A DNA stretch of 64,000 nucleotides from Octopus vulgaris. Taxonomy: Eukaryota. The position numbers and the translations under genes are program-made. The stretch spans positions 46,500,001 to 46,564,000 of the forward strand of contig OX597836.1 of the NCBI GenBank assembly GCA_951406725.2. Direction: 5' to 3'. Below the pieces are notes generated by a model that saw only the letters and a program-made list of their open reading frames with translations, made no database searches and was not told the origin of the DNA. Positions 54,824-64,000 of the stretch are shown here, one piece after another; positions within the stretch are counted from its first letter, which is position 1; every line of letters starts with the position of its first letter.

Positions 54824-55195
54824 AGGCGGCGAGCTGGCAGAAACGTTAGCACACCGGGCGAAATGCGTAGCCGAGGTCGACTTTGCCTTTCATCCTTTCG
54901 GGGTTGATAAGTTAAGTACCAGTTATGCACTGGGGTCGATGTAATCGACTTAATACCTATGTCTGTCTTTGTCCCCTCTATGTTTAGCCCCTTGTGGGTA
55001 GTAAAGAAATAGGTATTTCGTCTGCCGTTACGTTCTGAGTTCAAATTCCGCCGAGGTTGACTTTGCCTTTCATCCTTTCGGGGTCGATAAGTTAAGTACC
55101 AGTTACGCACTGGGGTCGATGTAATCGACTTAATACCTATGTCTGTCTTTGTCCCTTCTATGTTTAGCCCCTTGTGGGCAGTAAAGAAATAGGTA
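54824..55195 (+). mobile_element. tRNA-headed SINE family B with tandem-duplicated 3' half
   Basis: GGCGGCGAGCTGGCAGAAACGTTAG head; gcctttcatcctttcggggtcgataa..aagtaccag central domain repeated with a 180-nt period. Other copies at 5446-5610(-), 20078-20300(+), 29180-29403(-), 32235-32465(-), 62723-62955(-). Confidence 0.8.
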
Positions 55196-56175
55196 TTAGG
55201 AAGGGCAACCAACTGTAAAAGAACCCTGCCAAAGCAGACATTGGAGCTTGATGCAGTTCCTGGACAAATCAGATATGGTCATACTGTCCAAGCCACACCA
55301 GCAAGGAACACAGAGGTTAAATGATGATGATGATGATGATGATATCTCATATAGGCATGTTAATTCGTGTAGTATACAACATGGTACAATATTAATTATT
55401 TGGTTTAGTACTTAATATATCAAACATTTTAAAAATTATATTTAGTGAAAATATAATAGGCATAGGAATGGCTGTGTGGTAAGTAGCTTGCTTACCAGCC
55501 ACATGGTTCTGGGTTCAGTCCCACTGCGTGGCACCTTGGGCAAGTGTCTTCTGCTATAACCTTGGGCCGACCAAAGCATTGTGAGTGAATTTGGTAGACG
55601 GAAACTGAAAGAAGCCCTTCATATATGTGTGTGTGTATGCATGTGTCTGTATCTGTGTTTGTCCCCCGCCCACCAACATCTCTTAACAACCGATGCTGGT
55701 GTGTTTATGTCTCAGTAACTTAGTGGTTGGGCAAAAGAGACCGATAGAATAAGTACTAGGCTTACAAAGAATAAGTCTTGGGGGTCGATTTGCTCGACTA
55801 AAGGCAGTGCTCTAGCATGGCCACCGTCAAATGACTGAAACAAGTAAAAGAGTAAAAGAATGAAGAGAGAGAGAGAAAGAGAGAGAGAGAGTTAACTCCA
55901 GCAAGCTGTTTGTTTGAAATATGAAAAAAACGTTAATTTTTGACATGAAACTTTCTTGTTTGTTATAGAATGGATAAAGTTGGTCCCCACCAACACCACC
56001 ATCATCATCATCATCATCATCATCCTCACCAGCATTGCCAATACTATCACCACCACCACTACCACCACAACAACAACAAAATCATCGTCATCATCACCAC
56101 TACCAGTTGTCATATAATTAGTCTGGTGACTCAGTTAAGTCGCTTTCCCCTCCTACTCAATTGCTTGCATTAAAT

Positions 56176-56225
<50 letters not shown>

Positions 56226-56479
56226 CCAAGAATCTTTAATTCCTATTAGCTCTGGTCGGTCCTCAATTTAATGTGTCTCTACTGATAACGTCTACAAGTA
56301 CTTATACATACATTCATTCATGCACATGTATGTATGTGTGTATGTGTACACGCAAACACACACACACATACACACACATACACACACATATAATATATAT
56401 ATATATATAAACACACATACACATAATACACAAACATACATACACACACATATATATATATATACACATATAATATGTA

Positions 56480-56519
<40 letters not shown>

Positions 56520-57032
56520 ACACATACACATAATACACACACACATATATACACACATATAATATATATATATATATATATACGAAACAAAATAAGAGAA
56601 ATAACCTAGAGTGGCCAGTAGTGTGTAGTTAAGCCAGAGAGATGAATGAGGTTATATTGACTCACAAGATAAACTGTTGTTGTAATGAAATAATTTCCTC
56701 CTCTTCCAGAGAAGGGGAGGACAATCACTTAATGGCAGTTGGTACCAACACTAAATGCGAAGAAGAGATAAGATTTCTCCAAAATTGACCTGCCATTATG
56801 GAAAAGGCAGTCTAATTGTCCGAAAATGAGAGGAAAGTTTTTGCACGTGTTTCTGCCTCAACAGGCCTCATCAGCACAGCGATTGTCCAACCTTGGCGTC
56901 AGCAGAGGACACAGACATACAAAATGAGAACACATCTATGGCATGGGTAATTTGCATAAATGAGGTGAAAATGTCCTTTTCATAAATGTGCTCTACTCTT
57001 GTACGTGTGTGTGTGTGCATGTATATATATAT

Positions 57033-57067
<35 letters not shown>

Positions 57068-57153
57068 TAATCAAAACAAGAAAACAAAAACAAAAAAACA
57101 ACGCAAGGACGTGGAACAAATAAAGTATTATTGGACGCTCAGGAAAGAAGTGA

Positions 57154-57218
<65 letters not shown>

Positions 57219-57263
57219 GTATGTGTGTGTAAATATATATATATACACGCATACATACACATA

Positions 57264-57393
57264 CAGGTTGGGGCAAAATTCACGCACCAAAATTAAAACA
57301 ACATGTATTGCACATTTCTAAAATTGAATAATAATAATGTCAATGTAATGTTGAATGTCAAATGCTTTGGTGCGTGAGTTTAGGCCCAGCCTG
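57264..57393. mobile_element. 130-bp Tc1/mariner MITE
   Basis: TA-CAGGTTGGGGCAAAATTCACGCACCAAA / TTTGGTGCGTGAGTTTAGGCCCAGCCTG-TA. Confidence 0.75.
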
Positions 57394-58207
57394 TATACCT
57401 TTACTTGTTTCACTCATTAGACTGTGGCCATACTGGGGCACTGCCTTGAAGAATTTTTAGAGGAAAGACAGAAAGATTGTAAATGAATCAATGAATCTCT
57501 GCACTGAGATTAATCAGTATCCAGCTGTTTGATTAACTCAGGTGTTCCCTACCAGGGATAAGTGTACCCCTAGGGGCTATGCAAAAGAAATTGTAGGGAT
57601 GCAACTTGTGTTTCTACTAAGTGTGTGGAGAACTTTTTGCAGTTCCCATTTACTTCTAGGAGTTGATTCTATGCAAATACTGGGAAAAGGAGCAATGTAA
57701 AGTTGAACATGGCACAGGAGTGGCTGTGTGGTAAGTAGCTTGTTTACCAGCTACATGGTTCCGGGTTCAGTCCCATTGCGTGGCACCTTGGGTAAGTGTC
57801 TTCTACTATAGCCTCGGGCCAACCAAAGCCTTGTGAGTGGATTTGGTAGACGGAAACTGAAAGAAGCCCGTCGTGTATATGTGTATGTATATATATATAT
57901 GTGTGTGTGAGTGTGTGTGTGTATATGGTTGTGTGTGTGTTTGTCCCCCAACATCGCTTGACAACTGATGCTGGTGTTTTTACATCCCCGTAACTTAGCG
58001 GTTCGGCATAAGGGACTAATAGAATAAGTACTAGGCTTACAAAGAATAAGTCCTGGGGATCGATTTGCTCGACTAAAGGCAGTGCTCCAGCATGGCCACA
58101 GTCAAGTGACTGAAACAAGTAAAAGAGTAAAAAGAGTAAACAACATGCGTCCGTGGCCTGTCCTAGGAAATTCAACTGTTTTACACTGTTATATACTTCA
58201 AATAGGG

Positions 58208-58350
58208 AACACACCAACACTGCTGGACATGACGAAGGGGTACACCAATACAGCTGGAAGGGGTACACCAATACTGCCAGGCATGATGGACAGGTATCCC
58301 AAAACTGCTTGACATGATGATGGGGTCCATCAACACTGTTGGACACAGTG
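58208..58350. repeat. Degenerate roughly 30-bp tandem repeat
   Basis: acaccaa(c/t)actgctggacatga(c/t)g units, about 5 copies. Confidence 0.6.
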
Positions 58351-58906
58351 AAGAAGTATGCTCAAAGAAACAGTTCGAGGGCCTGCAGATTAACTGAACT
58401 GCTCATTGAATAAGTGGCTGAGTATTTCACAGACATGTGTGTCTGCAACAGAATAGTCAAGTAGAAGCAGTGTTATGTCGTGTGACAAGGCAATATCTTT
58501 TCAGTTACAAATCTAATGGGCTTCCATAGAATTTGTCAACTCACTTTCACTGCCAATTCAATACAGGGCCTTTGTCCAAGAGGCTGAGCAGTGGAATTGA
58601 ATCCAGAAACCATTCAGCCACACAAACACACATTCAAAGAAATGCATTAGCGATAATGATGGTTGCATCTTGGTGGTGGTGGTGTGGCTATTAATAGTTG
58701 TGTTGGTTTGGTTGATGTTCTAGACAGATATTAAATCATGTCTTCAGGCCATCATGATTGCAACAATCAACAAGTCTCCATTGTTTTGTCCTGACCCAGA
58801 CTTCTGCACAGACAGCTTACTGTTGCTGCTAGCGGTGGTGGTGGTGGTGGTGGTGGTGGTGGTAGAGCAAGAAATTTTGAAAACTGAAATTAACTCACAG
58901 GTACAC

Positions 58907-58937
<31 letters not shown>

Positions 58938-58944
58938 CACATGC

Positions 58945-58986
<42 letters not shown>

Positions 58987-59023
58987 TTATATGTACACAC
59001 ACATATATATATATACATATAGC

Positions 59024-59056
<33 letters not shown>

Positions 59057-59363
59057 TATATATATGCATATAGCATATATATATATATATATATTTATAT
59101 ATCTATATACATGCTTATCTATACACATACACATGCATATTCATATATATATACACACACATATACATACATACACACATATATATATGTAAAAAAATTT
59201 TTTTTCTTGATGAGATAAAAAAACCAAGTTCTAAAATCTACAGAGCCTTAGTTTTTTATCTCATTACGCAAAAAAAAATTATATACACACGCTGATATAT
59301 GACCTAAGTTGGACCCCTTATTTGCATAATCACCGAATCTGGAATTTAACCTGAATATATATA

Positions 59364-59409
<46 letters not shown>

Positions 59410-59444
59410 CACACATATATATATAAACGATGATGATGATGATG

Positions 59445-59492
<48 letters not shown>

Positions 59493-59592
59493 ATATAAAG
59501 TTAATCCAAACAGGAAAACACAAAGAGAAAACACGACAACGCGAGGACGTGGTACAAGTATATTATTATTGGACGCTCAGAACAGAAGGAGG

Positions 59593-59627
59593 GTTTAACG
59601 TTTCGAGCGGAGCTCTTCGTCAGAAAC
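59593..59627 (-). ncRNA. Minimal (Penelope-type) hammerhead motif
   Basis: GTTT-CTGACGA-A-GAGC TCC GCTC-GAAACGTT-AAAC; loopless palindromic ACGT stem III. Related copies at 11864-11898(-), 37000-37034(+), 52166-52200(-). Confidence 0.7.
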
Positions 59628-59714
59628 ATAGGAAGACGGAGGAAAAAAAATCGCCAACGGTACACACGATATATATATAAACAAGTATACACCTGTATAC
59701 ATACATGTGTATAT

Positions 59715-59768
<54 letters not shown>

Positions 59769-60135
59769 ATATGTACAGATACATGTATACATATATATGC
59801 ATATGCATATATATATTGGCAAGTGTAAATTGACAATATATTAATAAATGATGGTTACCTGATAAAAAACTCCATTTTCCTCTTTATCAAATACTATATT
59901 AAATTATACCTATTTATATGCAAATTGAATCAAACATCTATAAAAAAAGTACCTGAACTCAATAGTGTGTGTTTAACATTGGTGGCCATTAAATAATGAA
60001 CACCAACTCTACTATGCAAAACAGGACTCCGGAGAATTTCATCGATACATAGGATTAAACTGGGGAGACTTGGATGTAAACATCCCTCTTAAGAGGAATC
60101 TATATCTTCCCAATAACATATATATGTATATACAT

Positions 60136-60186
<51 letters not shown>

Positions 60187-60228
60187 CATATATACATATA
60201 TATTGCATATATACATATATATATAAAT

Positions 60229-60264
<36 letters not shown>

Positions 60265-60299
60265 GCATATATATATATGTTTGTATACATGTAAATGCA

Positions 60300-60331
<32 letters not shown>

Positions 60332-60435
60332 GCATTTACATGTATACATACATATGCACAAACACACACATGCATACACATATACACACACACATATATA
60401 TAGATACACATACATACACACACACATATTTATAG

Positions 60436-60474
<39 letters not shown>

Positions 60475-60579
60475 AATACACACACACAAATGACTACTAT
60501 ACTAAACAGTCCCACCTTTTAGCCCCTGATTGAATAGATAGAAAACTACACAGCAGTGGCGAAATGAATCAGCATCTTA

Positions 60580-60621
<42 letters not shown>

Positions 60622-61798
60622 ACGTGTGTGAGTGTGCAAAAATGCATGCATGTACACATACATTTTCTGTCTATTTATAAATCCTTATCATCATCATAAT
60701 CTTCATCATCATCATCACCACCAAAATTTTTGTTCGTTGCCATCTGGGATAATTTTAATAACAAATCCAACAGATAAGATGCATTAAGAATTTCAATTTT
60801 AGTATTTATCCTTAATGTTATTGCTTTTACACTTGCTAATTAAATTTACCTGCCCATAAAAGTTAAAAGAAAGAAACAAGGAGGAAGGATTTGGGATGTG
60901 CTAGTAACAGCAGCCAGATCTCCTTTATATCACACGTTTTTTTTATATATCACACTATTTTTTAAAACCAAAAATCTCTTAACTCGACAGCTGTTTCAGG
61001 AGACACAGAGTTATGCAATAGTCATAATAGTCATAACTTGCAGATGGGATATGCAAAAACTTTTGAGTATGGAGTCAGTAAACAGTCATACAGAGATATT
61101 ACGATAAGTCCAACTTCTTTCATCAAGAGAAGGTCGGCAAAAGCAGTTCATATAACAGTGTCAGAAGTTTAAAGGGAGAGAGGAAATAGAACAAGAACAA
61201 AAGGCATGGAGAGGGAGGATTTCTATGATGCAGGAAGGAATGAATGGAGGTTGAATAGAAGAAACAGAGAGAGGAGGGGAGAGGGTAAAGTTGAAGTCAG
61301 TGAGGTGAAAGGAAACTCAGAGAGCAAAACCCTTTATTATGAAGACAGAGAAAAGCTCCTGGGACTGCACAGAACATTCTCCTCCACTGCTAATTAGGTT
61401 ATCTATGTAACAAAAAAACCATCTACTGCATCTGAGAACTCACCTGAGGATCTATTTCTCATGTGCATTTAGTGTTTACTGCATGTGCATATGCATCACA
61501 TACAAAATCTGCTTTCTCTCTATTAACCTGCCCATCGCTCCACATCACCTTTTGCATGTCAATTGTTTGCACTGGTATTACTACATGGAATTTCTACCTA
61601 CACTTTTTTTCTACATACCAAGCAAGCCGTTTCTCTGGTGGAATTGGTGATCTGTTCATCTTCCTGCTTACTAATGCTTTAGTCTTTGCCCAGGTAACTT
61701 TGGAGCAGTTTGATTCAGCACATAGAATTTTTCTAGACCCACTACATGTTCAGCTACAAAGGCAAGGCCATCAGTAGAAAGGAATTCCCACAAGTATA

Positions 61799-62210
61799 GG
61801 CGCAGGAGTGGCTGTGTGGTAAGTAGCTTGTTTACCAGCCACATGGTTCCGGGTTCAGTCCCACTGCATGGCACCTTGGGCAAGTGTCTTCTACTATAGC
61901 CTCGGGTTGACCAAAGCCTTGTGAGTGGATTTGGTAGAGGGAAACTGAAAGAAGCCTGTCGTATATATGTATATATATATATATGTGTGTGTTTGTGTGT
62001 GTGTATGTCTGTGTTTGTCCCCCTAGCATTGCTTGACAACCGATGCTGGTGTGTTTATGTCCCCGTTACTTAGCGGTTCGGCAAAAGAGACCGATAGAAT
62101 AAGTACTGGGCTTACAAAAGAATAAGTCCCGGGGTCGAGTTGCTCGACTAAAGGCGGTGCTCCAGCATGGCCGCAGTCGGATGACTGAAACAAGTAAAAG
62201 AGTAAAAGAG
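61799..62210 (+). mobile_element. tRNA-headed SINE family A (CORE-like central motif), full length
   Basis: GGCGCAGGAGTGGCTGTGTGGTAAG A-box, GGTTCAGTCCC B-box, gtggcaccttgggcaagtg core, internal (TA)/(TG) tract, (AGTAAAAG)n tail. Confidence 0.85.
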
Positions 62211-62334
62211 AGAGTAAGCATCTGATCATAAACTTCCTCTGTTCTGGTACAGAAGATTATGAGAGAAGAGAACTAAGAACTGGGTTCTGGTGGATCCCTC
62301 CTACATATTGGATTTCTCATTGCACTTGTTGCTC

Positions 62335-62620
62335 TCACCTCCTGTACATGGTTTGTGTGGCTCTCACAAGCCATTTATTTCCTTGCTTCCTTAACAACCA
62401 CCAATTCACAGAAGGAGGGATCTCGCTGAAGGCTTTCTCCAGGTCAACGAATGCTGAGTACAGTAAAATACTCTTAGTTAAGTACTTTAGCAGCTGCCTG
62501 ACTAGAGAGATGACATCAGGAGTTCTTCCAACCATAAAGTCAAACTTGTATCTCATCTTGGCTAGTCTCTTTCCAATTAGCAGAGCTAAAACTCTTTCTG
62601 CAGTTTTCATGTACGGTTGG
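62335..62620 (-). mobile_element. RTE-clade LINE reverse transcriptase fragment
   Basis: FMVGRTPDVISLVRQL...LYSAFVDLEKAFSEIP...WWLLRK matches the non-LTR RT 'FVDLEKAFD' region. Confidence 0.8.
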
Positions 62621-63114
62621 CTGGTTGGTAGGTAAGTGAATATGTAGGAAAGTAATGTATGAATATATGTTAAGCATATTAAATAAACACACATTCGTAC
62701 CCATACATCACATACGTATATATCTTTCTTTACTACCCACAAGGTACTACACACAGAGAGGACAAACAAGGACAGACAAACGGATTAAGTCGATTATATC
62801 GACCCCAGTGCGTAACTGGTACTTATTTAATCGACTCCGCAAGGATGAAAGGCAAAGTCGACCTCGGCGGAATTTGAACTCAGAACGTAGCAGCAGACGA
62901 AATATCGGTAAGCACTTCACTCGGCGTGCTAACAATTCTGCCAGCTCGCTGCCTTCACTAACATACATCACATACATATACAGATCTTTGTACATATACA
63001 CAGAAAACTATGCAAAATTATCCTTATGCTCAACATGTTTTAATCTAAATGAAGATGATAAATTTATATAATTAGTTTAATTGTTACTAGACGAGCTAAT
63101 ATAATTAGCAATAA

Positions 63115-63978
63115 TTATCTGAACTGTTGCCAAAGTAACGAAGCTAAAGTACACAGAATTAAGTTGCTCAGCAAAGATTGACCTTGGACTCTGCTGTGCA
63201 TGTGCACTAAGTTTCACATTGTAGCTCACTTCTGCGGTTTACAGCAGTGCTTGGAAGGAAGGTGTGTAGCATGTGATTGTCGCATTGTTCGTGACAGAGA
63301 AAGTTGTCATGGCGACACCTGCTCAGGGGCCTATGCAAAGTTGCAGAAAGTGTATGGAGAGGAGTGTATGAGCCGCACACAAGTGTACGAGGGGGTTCGG
63401 ACGTTTCCAAGATGGCCGAAAATATGTCGATAGTGACGAACGTTCTGGGAGACCTGCAACCAGCAGAACTGAGAAAAACATCACAGATGTGTGAGGAAAT
63501 TGTCGAATTACCATCCGTGAGTTATCAAAGGATGTGCAGATTAGTTACAGTTTGGTTCAGTCCATTATCACTGAAGATTTGGGTGCGAGACGCATGTCTG
63601 CCAAGTTTGTGCCAAAGCTGCTTTCAAGTGATCAGAAAGACACTTGGGTTTCAGTTGCACAAGATCTGCTTGAGTGAGTCAAAAATGATGATCACTTTCT
63701 GAAAACTTTTCATTGGCCTCTGAGCAGGTATCACCAAGCTTTTGGCAAAATTTGATGCAGATTCTCGGCTCAACTTTCTCTGTCATGGTCAATATGACAA
63801 TCACACACTACACACCTTCCTTCCAAGCACTGCTGTTAACAGTAGAAGTGAGCTAGAATGTTAAAACTTAGTGTGCATGCACAGCAGAGTTTAAGGTCAA
63901 TCTGTACTAAGTGGCCTCACTCTGTGTGCTTTAGCTTCGTTACCATGGCAATAATCCGGATACTATTGATCAGACCAC
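63115..63978 (+). mobile_element. Mariner transposon relic with inverted duplication of its 5' end
   Basis: N-terminal HTH relic AYAKLQKVYGEECMSRTQVYE...ERSGRP...KFVPKLL on +; right arm is the reverse complement of the left and includes MTEKVEPRICIKFCQKLG on -. Confidence 0.8.
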
Positions 63979-64000
63979 ATATCCTGATGAATAAAAATTT

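Noticed and set aside
54763-55212. 149-aa ORF with an internal repeat
   Set aside because: Antisense of tandem-duplicated SINE family B
57744-58346. 200-aa ORF and the recurrent '[15 protein letters not shown]...GLNPEPCGW' ORFs
   Set aside because: Antisense reading of SINE family A, repeated at many loci

Overview
AT-rich, microsatellite-dense animal genomic DNA; the SINE and (TA)n/(CA)n/(CAT)n landscape looks like an octopus/coleoid cephalopod (inference). One real protein-coding gene is supported: a minus-strand ANKFN1 / wide-awake (wake, banderuola) orthologue that I reconstructed by hand as 17 GT-AG coding exons (41241 to 2249, 3060 nt, 1019 aa). It has ankyrin repeats, an FN3 domain, the conserved ANKFN1 middle region, a C-terminal Ras-association-like domain and a terminal -TTV. 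All exon phases join without frameshift. The rest is intronic/intergenic: three tRNA-headed SINE families, (GAT)n-tailed RTE-type repeats, RTE LINE relics, Tc1/mariner (DD37D and mariner), hAT, piggyBac-like and Helitron-like elements, and a tRNA-Arg(CCT) pseudogene. The most striking unexplained signal is a set of short non-coding elements sitting in (TA)n tracts. They carry type I hammerhead ribozyme folds (about 5 near-intact, about 10 variant or decayed, several unrelated families) and often have fold-back ends or terminal redundancy, as expected for Penelope-like-element or retrozyme mobilisation. One is a 480-nt unit with a perfect 74-nt terminal repeat, resembling a reverse-transcribed circular RNA. 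Nearly all ORFs in the supplied track are microsatellite or SINE artefacts.
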